64,000 nucleotides of DNA, from assembly GCA_944350425.1 (NCBI GenBank), contig CALVOX010000005.1, forward strand, positions 26,100 through 90,099. Direction: 5' to 3'. The translations under genes were made by a program, and so were the position numbers. Position 1 is the first letter of the stretch. Each line of letters opens with the position of its first letter. Shown here in pieces: positions 37,183 through 47,345 of this stretch. This stretch comes from an uncultured Bacilli bacterium. Lineage in GTDB: Bacteria > Bacillota_I > Bacilli_A > RFN20 > CAG-826. A model generated the notes under the pieces. That model did not search any database and was not told where the DNA came from. It worked only from the letters and a program-made list of their open reading frames with translations.

Positions 37183-37289
37183 ATGAAAAATTATATTACT
37201 TTTGATATTTATATCAAACCTTAAAAGAAATGTGATATAATAAAAACACTGGTTAAAAGCCATACATTTTTAGGAGGAAATAAAAACAA

Positions 37290-39947
37290 ATGGCAAAACA
37301 ATATGTTTACCTTTTCAAAAATGCTTACGGATTAGGAAAAGAACTCTTAGGTGGTAAAGGTGCCGGTTTAGCAGAAATGACTCATATCGGTATTAATATT
37401 CCTCAAGGTTTCACAATTACAACCGAAGCATGCACTCTTTATTATGAAAATAATAAATCAATGCCAAGCTACTTAGTCGCTCAAGTTGACGAAGGTATTA
37501 AAGAAGTCGAAAAAGAAACTGGAAAGTCCTTCGGTGGTGTCGATTCAACAAAGATGCCTCTATTAGTTTCTGTTCGTTCTGGCGCTAGAGTCTCTATGCC
37601 AGGTATGATGGACACAATTTTAAATTTAGGCTTAAACGATACATCTGTTGAAGAACTCGCAAAAGCTGCAAATAGTGAAAGATTTGCTTACGATTCTTAT
37701 CGTAGATTTATCTTAATGTTTACAAACATTGCAAAAGGACATCCAAGAACTGACATGGATCACATGTTAGAAGAATTAAAAGCTCAAAAAGGCTATAAAT
37801 TAGATAGTGATGTTCCAGCAGAAGATTTAAAAGAATTAGTTAAATCATATAAAGAATACTATAAGAAAACATTTGGTGAAGAATTCCCATCAGATCCATA
37901 TGTACAATTACACGAAGCTGTTGAAGCTGTCTTCAGATCATGGGATAACCCAAGAGCTAACGTTTACCGTAAAATGAATGGTATTCCTTATGAATGGGGT
38001 ACTGCCGTTAACGTTCAATCAATGGTTTTCGGTAACTTAAACGACAATTCCGGTACAGGTGTTGCTTTCTCAAGAGACCCATCAACTGGTAAAAAACAAA
38101 TCTACGCTGAATATTTACCATGTGCTCAAGGTGAAGACGTTGTTGCAGGTATTAGAACTCCTCTCCATATCGATGAATTAAAGAAGAGAATGCCAGAAGT
38201 CTACGAAGAATTCAGTAGAACTATTAAAGACATGGAAGCTCATTACAAAGACATGCAAGATATGGAATATACCATTGAAAATGGTAAACTATATTTCTTA
38301 CAAACAAGAAATGGTAAGAGAACTGCACAAGCTTCATTACAAATTGCTTTCGATTTATTAGATGAAGGCGTTATCGACGAACAAACTGCTGTTTTAAGAG
38401 TTGAACCACAATTATTAGACTCTTTATTACACCCAACATTTGATAAAGATGACTTAGCTCATCATACACCTGTTGCTTCCGGTAACCCAGCATCTCCAGG
38501 TGCAGGTGTCGGTAAATGTGCATTCGATGCAAAATCTGCAGAAGAAAGACATGCTAATGGTGAAAAAGTTATCTTAGTTAGAGCTGAAACTTCTCCAGAA
38601 GACATCGAAGGTATGGTCGCTGCTGAAGGTATTTTAACTATGAGAGGCGGTATGACTTCTCACGCTGCTGTTGTCGCTAGAGGTATGGGTAAATGCTGTA
38701 TCACTGGTTGTAGTGCTGCTATCGTTGATGAAGAAGCAAGAACAGTCACTATTAATGGTAAAACATATGGTGAAGGCGATGTTATTTCTTTAAACGGCTC
38801 AACAGGTGATGTTTACGAAGGCTCAATTAAACTTGTTGAACCAGATACATCAAGCGGTAACTTTGGTAGATTAATGTCTCTCGCAGACAAATACAAGAGA
38901 TTAGCAATCAGAACTAATGCTGATACTCCACGCGATGCTATTCAAGCTGCAAAATTTGGCGCTGAAGGTATCGGTCTCTGTAGAACAGAACATATGTTCT
39001 TTGATAAAGATAGAATCTTCCACATGAGAAAAATGATTCTTTCTGATACTGTCGAAGAAAGAGAAGCTGCTTTAGCTGAACTCCTTCCATATCAAAGAAA
39101 TGACTTCTATGGATTATATATGTCCATGAAAGACTTAAAAGAAATCAATGTTAACATTAGATTATTAGACCCACCTCTCCACGAATTCTTACCTCAAGAA
39201 GAAGATAAGATCGAAGAATTAGCAGTTGCATTAAATAAAACAGTTCAAGAAATTAAAGATAGAATTGCTTACTTACACGAATTCAACCCAATGATGGGCC
39301 ATAGAGGATGTAGATTAGACGTTTCTTACCCAGAAATCGGTAGAATGCAAGCAAGAGCTATTATTGAAGCTGCAATTAAAGCATCAAAAGAATTAAACAA
39401 AACAATCGAACCAGAAATCATGATTCCATTAACACTTGATCTTAAAGAATTCAAATTCGTTAAATCAATTATTGTTAATGAAGTTGAAAAAGTTTTAGCA
39501 GAAAACAATTTCACACTTAAATATCATGTCGGTACAATGATTGAAATTCCACGTGCTGCTTTATTATCAAGCGAAATTGCAACAGAAGCTGAATTCTATT
39601 CATTCGGTACTAACGATTTAACACAAATGACATTTGGTTTCTCAAGAGATGATGCTTCCAAATTCTTACCAGACTATTACAAGAATAAGATTTTAGAAGA
39701 TGATCCATTCCAAACTGTCGACCAAAAAGGTGTTGGCAAATTAATTAAGATGGCTGTCAAAGACGGCAGAGAAACAAGACCAACATTATTATGCGGTGTT
39801 TGTGGTGAACACGGTGGAGATCCAAGATCAATCGAATTCTTCAATAAAGTTGGATTAGACTATGTATCATGTTCTCCATTCAGAGTCCCAATTGCAAGAC
39901 TTGCAGCTGCTCAAGCTGAAATTAAATTACAAAAAGAAGGAAAATAG
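37290..39947 (+). CDS. ppdK: Pyruvate, phosphate dikinase
   Basis: GGKGAGLAEM, phospho-His loop GGMTSHAAVVARG, C-terminal CGEHGGDP. 885 aa with a strong SD. Confidence 0.97.
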   Translation: MAKQYVYLFKNAYGLGKELLGGKGAGLAEMTHIGINIPQGFTITTEACTLYYENNKSMPSYLVAQVDEGIKEVEKETGKSFGGVDSTKMPLLVSVRSGARVSMPGMMDTILNLGLNDTSVEELAKAANSERFAYDSYRRFILMFTNIAKGHPRTDMDHMLEELKAQKGYKLDSDVPAEDLKELVKSYKEYYKKTFGEEFPSDPYVQLHEAVEAVFRSWDNPRANVYRKMNGIPYEWGTAVNVQSMVFGNLNDNSGTGVAFSRDPSTGKKQIYAEYLPCAQGEDVVAGIRTPLHIDELKKRMPEVYEEFSRTIKDMEAHYKDMQDMEYTIENGKLYFLQTRNGKRTAQASLQIAFDLLDEGVIDEQTAVLRVEPQLLDSLLHPTFDKDDLAHHTPVASGNPASPGAGVGKCAFDAKSAEERHANGEKVILVRAETSPEDIEGMVAAEGILTMRGGMTSHAAVVARGMGKCCITGCSAAIVDEEARTVTINGKTYGEGDVISLNGSTGDVYEGSIKLVEPDTSSGNFGRLMSLADKYKRLAIRTNADTPRDAIQAAKFGAEGIGLCRTEHMFFDKDRIFHMRKMILSDTVEEREAALAELLPYQRNDFYGLYMSMKDLKEINVNIRLLDPPLHEFLPQEEDKIEELAVALNKTVQEIKDRIAYLHEFNPMMGHRGCRLDVSYPEIGRMQARAIIEAAIKASKELNKTIEPEIMIPLTLDLKEFKFVKSIIVNEVEKVLAENNFTLKYHVGTMIEIPRAALLSSEIATEAEFYSFGTNDLTQMTFGFSRDDASKFLPDYYKNKILEDDPFQTVDQKGVGKLIKMAVKDGRETRPTLLCGVCGEHGGDPRSIEFFNKVGLDYVSCSPFRVPIARLAAAQAEIKLQKEGK

Positions 39948-39969
39948 TTCTTTTTAACTTCCTTTAGTA

Positions 39970-40001
39970 AAACAGATGGCTTAAAAGCCATCTGTTTTTT
40001 T
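39970..40001 (+). terminator. Rho-independent terminator of ppdK
   Basis: AACAGATGGC-TTAAAA-GCCATCTGTT hairpin followed by TTTTTT. Confidence 0.85.
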
Positions 40002-40044
40002 AAAAAAAAGACTAAGTTTCTACCTAGCCTCATTTTTTATTAAA

Positions 40045-40896
40045 TTATTTATGAATTTTTGTTAAATCGCTTTGATAGCCTCTTAAAAAGAAATGTTTTT
40101 CAGCTTTCTCAAGCTTCTTTTTATCATAGCTTAATGCATATAAACATGATCCACTTCCAGTCATACCATAGGCTTCGAAATCTAAGGATTTAAGTTCGTT
40201 ATAAACTTCTTCTAAATCATTACAAAGTATTTTTGCGGGCTCAAATAACGAGTTGAACATGGTTTTTTGAACTTCTTTTAAATCTTTACTTTTTAAAGCT
40301 TCAATCGCTTTTTTTGAATTACCATGAACTAAGTCGTGTTGATCAGCTTCAGTAAAAACTGCCTCAGTTGAATTTCCAATTAAAGGTTTAACTAATAAAA
40401 CATAGAAATCAGAAGGACAATCAAAGAATTCTAAGTGATCTCCTTTTCCGGTTACTAAAGCAGGTTTATTATAAAATTGATAATAAACATCGCTTCCTGC
40501 TTTAAGACATATTTCTTTAATTTCTTCTTCTGTTGGTGCTAATTTAAACAATCTAATAATTGTTCTAAAAATTGCAGCAGCATCAGCACTTCCGCCACCA
40601 AGCCCGGCTTGCAAATAAATATTCTTATGGATATTAACATTTAATCTTTCTTTAAAGCCCCATTTAGCACGGCAAAGATCTATTGTTTTATGAACTAAAT
40701 TATATTTAGCTATTCTTAAAGAGAAATCATCGCAAACAACAAAATCGTCTGGAGTTGATTTTGGTAAAATAGAAACCTCTAAAGTATCATGAAATTCTAA
40801 CGGTAAAATAACACTTTCTATATTATGATAACCATCATCTCTTAAATCTTTTACGTCTAGAGTTATATTAATTTTTGAATAAGCTTTTTCTACCAT
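40045..40896 (-). CDS. ispE: 4-diphosphocytidyl-2-C-methyl-D-erythritol kinase (GHMP kinase)
   Basis: GLGGGSADAAA GHMP motif. Conserved rsmA-ispE neighbourhood of Firmicutes. Confidence 0.85.
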   Translation of the reverse strand: MVEKAYSKINITLDVKDLRDDGYHNIESVILPLEFHDTLEVSILPKSTPDDFVVCDDFSLRIAKYNLVHKTIDLCRAKWGFKERLNVNIHKNIYLQAGLGGGSADAAAIFRTIIRLFKLAPTEEEIKEICLKAGSDVYYQFYNKPALVTGKGDHLEFFDCPSDFYVLLVKPLIGNSTEAVFTEADQHDLVHGNSKKAIEALKSKDLKEVQKTMFNSLFEPAKILCNDLEEVYNELKSLDFEAYGMTGSGSCLYALSYDKKKLEKAEKHFFLRGYQSDLTKIHK

Positions 40897-40901
40897 AATT
40901 A

Positions 40902-41726
40902 TTAATCCTTAATAAATTTATTTTCTATTAATTCATTTGTAATTTTTATAAAATCATCGATTTTTAATTGTTCTGGTCTTAAATTTGATGATAATCCGCA
41001 CCTTTCTAACAATAATGTTAGTTGTTCTATATTACTAACGATTACTTTCAAATTATTATAGATTGTTTTTCTTCTAAACTTAAATAATATTTTTGCAACT
41101 TTTAATAGAGCTATTGAGAAATTAAAATCTGTGTTTTCCTTGATGTTAATTTTAAAAACAACACTATCAACATTTGGAACTGGGAAGAAATTATTTTTTG
41201 AAACATTAAAAATTTTCTTAATATCATATCTATAGCCAATTAAAACATTAATAGCATTATAATCTTTCCCTGTAAGAGCTAGAATTCTGTTTAAAGCCTC
41301 GTTTTGAACCATGAAAACAGCCTCTTTTAAATACCTAAAATTTTTGGATATATATTCTAAAATGTCAGTTGTAATATAATAAGGGAGATTTCCTATTATT
41401 TTTTCAAAAGAAAAATCTTTAAAATGTAAGATATTATTTTTAATAATTGTTATATTATTTTTACTTTCAAAATTTTTATTTAAAAATTTCACGAATTTTT
41501 GATCATATTCCACACAAGTGAGATTTATATCTTTTTTAACTAATTCACAAGTTAAAGCACCTAAACCAGGCCCAATTTCTAACACTTTTTCTCCTTTTTT
41601 AATCTCTAAAGAGTCTACAATATTATTAATAGTTTGTAGATCAATAAGAAAATTTTGCCCTAATTCTTTTTTTGCATGGGAATTTTCTAAAATAAAGAAA
41701 TCTTTTATTTGATCAATATTTAACAT
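40902..41726 (-). CDS. rsmA: 16S rRNA (adenine1518/1519-N6)-dimethyltransferase
   Basis: GQNFL motif and SAM-binding VLEIGPGLGALT. Confidence 0.93.
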   Translation of the reverse strand: MLNIDQIKDFFILENSHAKKELGQNFLIDLQTINNIVDSLEIKKGEKVLEIGPGLGALTCELVKKDINLTCVEYDQKFVKFLNKNFESKNNITIIKNNILHFKDFSFEKIIGNLPYYITTDILEYISKNFRYLKEAVFMVQNEALNRILALTGKDYNAINVLIGYRYDIKKIFNVSKNNFFPVPNVDSVVFKINIKENTDFNFSIALLKVAKILFKFRRKTIYNNLKVIVSNIEQLTLLLERCGLSSNLRPEQLKIDDFIKITNELIENKFIKD

Positions 41727-42261
41727 CTTTTAATACCTTTACCAAATCTTTTTTATTTATCCCTATCAATTGTAATTTTTTTAACAAATTTTTGCCATTC
41801 GAATAACCAATATGGTAATAATTAATTATAAAATTTCGCTTTTCCTTAGAATTTGAACCAACTAACTTCAGTTCTAATAAATCTATATAGGTTAAATCTG
41901 ATTTAACAAGTTCTTTCTTATTTAAGTTTTTAACGTTTTTTAAAGCAGTTAATACTTCTTTTTTAGTCGATTCAGCCACTCCAACCTTCCCATTTTTAAT
42001 TGATACTTCCTTTCTTACAAAAGTTTCTAAAACTCCAGGACATTTTTCTTTAATTTTATTTCTTATTTGAATTCCAGGAAAATCAGGATCAGTTAAAACT
42101 ATTACATTTTTTGTTTTTAAAGCTTCATTTATAAAATCAAAATCCTCTTTATTTACAGCAGAACCATTAACTTTATAAAAACTAGCATCTATAAAAGATG
42201 ATAAAAAATCAATATCTGTCTTACCTTCTACAACAATTAAAGCATTAATTTTAGTTTTCAT
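41713..42261 (-). CDS. rnmV: Ribonuclease M5 (Toprim domain)
   Basis: IVVEGKTD and LTDPDFPG Toprim motifs. Conserved tatD-rnmV-rsmA order. Confidence 0.88.
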   Translation of the reverse strand: MKTKINALIVVEGKTDIDFLSSFIDASFYKVNGSAVNKEDFDFINEALKTKNVIVLTDPDFPGIQIRNKIKEKCPGVLETFVRKEVSIKNGKVGVAESTKKEVLTALKNVKNLNKKELVKSDLTYIDLLELKLVGSNSKEKRNFIINYYHIGYSNGKNLLKKLQLIGINKKDLVKVLKDVKY

Positions 42262-42262
42262 G

Positions 42263-43036
42263 TTAATTTAATTTTAAAATATCTAACGAATTTTGATAGG
42301 TAATATTTTCAAATTCTTCTAAATTTATTTGTAAAAGATTAGCAGCAAATTTGGCTGTATCTAAAATAAATTTTGGTTCATTAACTTTTCCTCTATGAGG
42401 AACTGGGGATAAATATGGAGCATCTGTTTCTAAAACTACATTTTTTAAATCAGTTTGTTTTAAAATTCTTTTAATTTCGATAGCATTTTTAAAAGTTAGA
42501 ACACCGCCAAAAGCAATTTTATAACCAATTTTAATAAATTCTTTTGACATTTCGAGACTTCCAGAATAACAATGCATTATGCCTTTATTAACACATGGAT
42601 AATTTTTTAATATGTCATAGGTATCTTGAATTGAATCTCTCGAATGTATTGAAATTGGCAAATCGTATTTATTTGCTAATTCAATTTGTGAAATAAACAT
42701 TAATTTTTGAATTTTTTTAACGTTTTCTTCTTTTTCCCAATAATAGTCTAAGCCTATTTCTCCGATTGCAACAATTTTGGAAGATTTCTTTAAAAGTTCT
42801 TCCAAATTTGCAATTGAACTTGTTGTCCATTTCTTCCATTCTGTAGGAATAAAACCAATTGCAGCATAAACGTTATTATATTTATTAGCAATTTCTATTG
42901 CTCTTTTAGAAGATTCTAAATCATAACCAACACAAAGGAAATCGCTAACACCAACTTCTTTAGCCTCTTTTAAATATAAATCTAAATTTTCATATAATTT
43001 TTCGTCATTTAAATGTATATGAGTATCAAAAATCAT
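42263..43036 (-). CDS. tatD: TatD family metal-dependent DNase/hydrolase
   Basis: IFDTHIHL N-terminus, plus EIGLDY and ETDAPYL motifs. Confidence 0.9.
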   Translation of the reverse strand: MIFDTHIHLNDEKLYENLDLYLKEAKEVGVSDFLCVGYDLESSKRAIEIANKYNNVYAAIGFIPTEWKKWTTSSIANLEELLKKSSKIVAIGEIGLDYYWEKEENVKKIQKLMFISQIELANKYDLPISIHSRDSIQDTYDILKNYPCVNKGIMHCYSGSLEMSKEFIKIGYKIAFGGVLTFKNAIEIKRILKQTDLKNVVLETDAPYLSPVPHRGKVNEPKFILDTAKFAANLLQINLEEFENITYQNSLDILKLN

Positions 43037-43037
43037 A

Positions 43038-44357
43038 TTATTTACCTACGCAAAATCTTGAAAAAATTTCTTTAGCAATATCGAAATCATGATCTTCTCC
43101 AGTTAAGGATAAAATTGATAAATAAATATCTTTTATATCAGCGCTAAGAAGGTCAATTGAAACTCCATTTGAAGCATCATTCAATACTTTTACCATCATT
43201 TCTTTAATATTTTTTAATATTCCTAATTCTCTCGTGCTCGAAATAGATGGATTAATGTAGTTTTCGTTATTTAAATTAAGTTTTTTTAAGATTGCTTGTT
43301 TTAATGATTCGACATCTTTGTTTATAGCACTAGTAACAATATAATCACTATTATAGTCATTTATATCTGATTTATTATAGACAATAATTACGTCTTTATT
43401 TTTGACTAAATCAAGAATTTTTTTATCTTCTTCATCTAGATCCATGGAATCAAATACTGCGATAACAATATCTGCTTTGTTTAATTTATCAATTGATTTA
43501 GTTATACCGATTCCTTCAACATAATCATTGCTTTCTCTAATCCCAGCAGTATCATATAGATTAATCAAAATACCATTTAGTACAAATTTGCCTTCGACAA
43601 CATCTCTTGTTGTGCCTTTATAAGAAGAAACAATGGCTTTGTCTTCATTTAATAATGCATTTAAAATTGACGATTTGCCTACATTTGGTTTACCAACAAT
43701 CGCAATATTAATACCATCTCTAATAATTCTTCCTTTACTTCCGTTAGCGATTAATGAAGTAATGTATTTAATATTTTTATTTGTTATTTCTTTTATTTTT
43801 TCAATATTTGCTTCTTCTAAATCTTCGTATTCTGGATAGTCAATATTGACTTCGATTAAAGATAAAAGATAACCTATATCTTCTTTTATAGGAGAAATTA
43901 ATTTTGAAGTAGAGCCATCAAGAGACATTAAAGCTATATTCTTAGCTTCTTTTGTTTCAGCATTAATTAAATCATTGATAGATTCAGCTTGGATTAAATC
44001 AAGTTTATTATTCATGAACGCTCTAGAAGTATATTCACCGCCGGTAGCGAGTCTAGCACCATTTTTTAGTGCAAGTTCTATTATTTGATTAAAGATAACG
44101 GGACTGCCATGGCAAATTATTTCGACACTATCTTCACCTGTAAAACTTCTAGGTCCTTTATAAGCAAGCAAAACTACTTCATCTATTTTTGCATCACCAT
44201 CAACAACAAAACCATGCATTATTGTAGATTTTGTTATATTAATTTGCTTGGAAAAAAAATGAGAAACAATTTCAAAACAATTCTCTCCTGAAAAACGTAT
44301 AATTGCAAGAGCACTTCTAATTGGTGGTGTAGCCAGAGCAACAATAGTTTCTAACAT
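43038..44357 (-). CDS. mnmE: tRNA modification GTPase MnmE
   Basis: G-domain GKPNVGKSS and DTAGIR, C-terminal CVGK. Confidence 0.95.
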   Translation of the reverse strand: MLETIVALATPPIRSALAIIRFSGENCFEIVSHFFSKQINITKSTIMHGFVVDGDAKIDEVVLLAYKGPRSFTGEDSVEIICHGSPVIFNQIIELALKNGARLATGGEYTSRAFMNNKLDLIQAESINDLINAETKEAKNIALMSLDGSTSKLISPIKEDIGYLLSLIEVNIDYPEYEDLEEANIEKIKEITNKNIKYITSLIANGSKGRIIRDGINIAIVGKPNVGKSSILNALLNEDKAIVSSYKGTTRDVVEGKFVLNGILINLYDTAGIRESNDYVEGIGITKSIDKLNKADIVIAVFDSMDLDEEDKKILDLVKNKDVIIVYNKSDINDYNSDYIVTSAINKDVESLKQAILKKLNLNNENYINPSISSTRELGILKNIKEMMVKVLNDASNGVSIDLLSADIKDIYLSILSLTGEDHDFDIAKEIFSRFCVGK

Positions 44358-44381
44358 ATATAAATAATAAAAGAAGGAGAA

Positions 44382-45053
44382 TTATTCTCCTTCAACATTT
44401 CCTTCGACTTCAACATTTTTTTGAGATGGAATATTTGTAGTAGGAGCATTATTTCCTATATATTTAACAACGATTGCTCTATCTTTTCCATCACCAACAG
44501 ATTCAGTTTTAATATTTTTCCAAGAAGCTAAAGCAGTATGGACTTTCTTTCTTTCATCTGGTGTCATAGCTTCGAGTTTAACATCTAAATGTGTTTTTAA
44601 TACTTGTGAAGCAGCACGTTTTGCAACAGCAATAACACGATTATATTTTTTATCCTTATAATCTCCAATGTCTAACAAAATTCTGAATTTTCTTTTAAAC
44701 TTAGAAGAAATAGCAAGTTTTACTAACTCATTTAAAGCTTGTAATGTTTGACCATTTCTACCAATTAAGAGAGAATTGTGATCTGTTTCAATTAAAATCT
44801 TAATTAGACCATTTCTATAAAAAGCTTTTAAAGAAACTTCAAGTCCGAGACCTTCATGAATAATATTTGTAATATAATTTTGAGCAAATTCTATAACATC
44901 AGCGGTATCATAGAAAGCAACGACTACTTTTTTTGAAAATAAACCTTTCTTTTCTTCTAAAATTTCGTATAAGAGTTCTTCTTTTGAAATACCTAGTTCT
45001 TCAGAAGCTTGATCAATAGCAATTTCTAAAGACTTAGCTGTAATTGTTTTCAT
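44382..45053 (-). CDS. jag: Jag/KhpB RNA-binding protein (KH + R3H)
   Basis: LIGRNGQTLQAL KH-like motif and a C-terminal R3H region. Conserved yidC-jag pairing. Confidence 0.85.
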   Translation of the reverse strand: MKTITAKSLEIAIDQASEELGISKEELLYEILEEKKGLFSKKVVVAFYDTADVIEFAQNYITNIIHEGLGLEVSLKAFYRNGLIKILIETDHNSLLIGRNGQTLQALNELVKLAISSKFKRKFRILLDIGDYKDKKYNRVIAVAKRAASQVLKTHLDVKLEAMTPDERKKVHTALASWKNIKTESVGDGKDRAIVVKYIGNNAPTTNIPSQKNVEVEGNVEGE

Positions 45054-45056
45054 AAA

Positions 45057-46877
45057 CTAATGTTTTACTCCTTTTTTATGCATAAATACAAAGTGGATAA
45101 TTAAAGTTTGAATAACAGAGAATATTGCACCTGCAAACCAATAAACACCCATTGCGGCTGGTAAGTTGAATCCCATGATAATAATGAAGATTGTCATACC
45201 CCGTTGAACCCATTTTTGTGTTTTTTGCGATTTTTCAGCTACATCAGATTTAACTGTCTTAGTAACATTTTTCATTCTTATTTTACTTAAAAGATTAGGA
45301 AGCATCATAGATACAATTTGTGCAGCACTCATTAAAATAATTAAAACTAAAGCTGTCCACCATCCAGCAAAACCTGGCCATCCACTAAAATTTGTTAATG
45401 TTGACCAAATTGAGTCAGACAAATTTAAGCCTAAAACAGCATCTGTAGAAAGTGAAGCACTTCCTTGCAAAGCATTCCAGACACAAATGAAAAGTGGAAA
45501 TTGAATTATCATTACGATAAACATTGAAAATGGATGTACTTTATTTTTCTTATACAATGCCATTTGAGCTTGTGTTAAACGTTCCTTATCATATTGGTTA
45601 GTTTGTGCATTAGGGTATTTTTGTTGAAGTTTAGCAAGTTCTGGTTGTAAATAGGTCATCTTTTGTTGAGAAATAGTAGATGGTAAAGTTACAAGCATAA
45701 ATAAAGCTCTAACTAAAATAGTCATAATTAAAACTGCACCAACTTGACCCCAACCATTCATTCCTAAAGCATGGGATAAATTTTCAACACCTACTGCAAT
45801 AGGATAAACTAATAAACCTTCAAGGAATCCGTGTTGAGTAAAAGCCTCGCCCCATCCTTGATAAAAATCTTTAGCCTTTCCTTCAATTTTTACAGTATTA
45901 TTAAGTGGATCAGTAGTTAAATTACCATAGAAACCATCATACACAGTAATGCAAGTTCTTACATTAGCAACTTTAGCATCAAGTTGAGATTTATAAGCAT
46001 TATAGAAATTAATTGACATTGCAGAGTTTTCGCCAAGAGTTTTACTAATTGTATTATTCCAATCTTTAATATTTTTGTAATAATCAACTACTTCATTTCC
46101 TTCTTCATCAATAGTAACTGAGTAATGTTTAACATATCCATAATGAGCTAAAATGGATTTTTCCTCTCTTTCTTGTTGCATGGTTTCAAGTAATTCATTC
46201 TTCTCTTTGCCATTTTCTAAAGAATTATATGTATTAAGTTCTTCTGCGCTGTATCCATATAAAGCATCAAAAGTAAGATTAGAAAAATCAGCATTTATAG
46301 TTTCGCTAATAATAGTGTTATCATTATTTGCTGTTTCGATAATTTTTGTTAACGTTAATTTATCAAGTTCTTTAAAGAAATCGTAGCTTGGAATGACATA
46401 ATTTCCTGTTGTTGCATTATTAATTAAAGTTACATTTAATTCATTTAAACCAACAAAACCAGAATAGGTTGTAAGTTCAAGATCATCTTCATTAACTTTT
46501 GTTTCGACTTCAATTTTTCCTGGGTTAACAGAGATTAAATTATCGTTATATGTTGTAAAAAATTTATCCTCAAATTCTGTTTGATTTTCGCTATATTTAA
46601 CAACATCATCTTCTTTTTCACCGTAAACGAAAGAAATTGTATCTAAATTTACAACATCTTCACTTAAACCAGTTGCATTTCTAAAATCTAATAAAATATC
46701 GTTATAAGCATCTTCTTTAGAGGTATAGAAGGTAGTGTTAATAGGATCATAAACATATCTAAAATTAGAAGTATCTGAAACACTACAAAAAGAGTTACAT
46801 GATGCTAATATAAAAGCTGTAACTACTCCTCCTACCACTACTAATGTATTTTTAATTTTTTTATTCATTATTTGCAC
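45057..46877 (-). CDS. yidC: Membrane protein insertase YidC, lipoprotein type with an unusually large ectodomain
   Basis: Lipobox FILASC/N. The C-terminal 250 aa or so carry the YidC core (ILVRALF groove Arg, QPELAKLQQKY). An extra domain of about 320 aa lies between them. An alternative start is at 46868. Confidence 0.9.
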   Translation of the reverse strand: MQIMNKKIKNTLVVVGGVVTAFILASCNSFCSVSDTSNFRYVYDPINTTFYTSKEDAYNDILLDFRNATGLSEDVVNLDTISFVYGEKEDDVVKYSENQTEFEDKFFTTYNDNLISVNPGKIEVETKVNEDDLELTTYSGFVGLNELNVTLINNATTGNYVIPSYDFFKELDKLTLTKIIETANNDNTIISETINADFSNLTFDALYGYSAEELNTYNSLENGKEKNELLETMQQEREEKSILAHYGYVKHYSVTIDEEGNEVVDYYKNIKDWNNTISKTLGENSAMSINFYNAYKSQLDAKVANVRTCITVYDGFYGNLTTDPLNNTVKIEGKAKDFYQGWGEAFTQHGFLEGLLVYPIAVGVENLSHALGMNGWGQVGAVLIMTILVRALFMLVTLPSTISQQKMTYLQPELAKLQQKYPNAQTNQYDKERLTQAQMALYKKNKVHPFSMFIVMIIQFPLFICVWNALQGSASLSTDAVLGLNLSDSIWSTLTNFSGWPGFAGWWTALVLIILMSAAQIVSMMLPNLLSKIRMKNVTKTVKSDVAEKSQKTQKWVQRGMTIFIIIMGFNLPAAMGVYWFAGAIFSVIQTLIIHFVFMHKKGVKH

Positions 46878-47205
46878 CTGAACTAAATAATGTATTTAAT
46901 AATTTCATTAACATTTCTTCATTTTTTGAATATTCATCAATATTATATTTATAAGAAATAACAATTACTAAATCATAATTTTCTTTATAAGTTAATTTTT
47001 TATCAAGAATATTTCTAACTTGTCTTTTAATCTTGTTTCTTGTTACGGCATTACCGTTTTTCTTACTAACTGATAAGCCAACTCGCGTTTTGTTATATTT
47101 ATTTTCTCTAAAATAAACAGTAAATAAATTATTTCTTTTAAATTTTCTTAAACTAAATAGTTCTTTATATTCTCTATATTTTTTTATTACATTAATTTTT
47201 TTCAT
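46861..47205 (-). CDS. rnpA: Ribonuclease P protein component
   Basis: VGLSVSKKNGNAVTRNKIKRQVR motif. Its ATG overlaps the rpmH stop (TAATG). Confidence 0.93.
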   Translation of the reverse strand: MKKINVIKKYREYKELFSLRKFKRNNLFTVYFRENKYNKTRVGLSVSKKNGNAVTRNKIKRQVRNILDKKLTYKENYDLVIVISYKYNIDEYSKNEEMLMKLLNTLFSSGANNE

Positions 47206-47345
47206 TATAAAGAAACAGTTAATTGTTTTCTTCCTTTAGCTCTTCTTCTAGCTAAAACTTTTCTACCATTTGGAGTGGACATTCTTGCTCTAAAGCCGTG
47301 TGTTCTCATCTTGTGTAATTTACTTGGTTGGTATGTTCTTTTCAT
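47205..47345 (-). CDS. rpmH: 50S ribosomal protein L34
   Basis: Too short for the ORF track. Hand translation [55 protein letters not shown] upstream. Confidence 0.95.
   Translation of the reverse strand: MKRTYQPSKLHKMRTHGFRARMSTPNGRKVLARRRAKGRKQLTVSL

Noticed and set aside
37183-37263. N-terminal 27-aa extension of the FGGY kinase ORF (MAFNQCFYYITFLLRFDINIKSNIIFH).
   Set aside because: The extension is hydrophobic and low-complexity, is absent from FGGY family N-termini, and overlaps the ppdK promoter and palindrome. I cannot fully exclude it, because the internal ATG at 37182 lacks an obvious SD.
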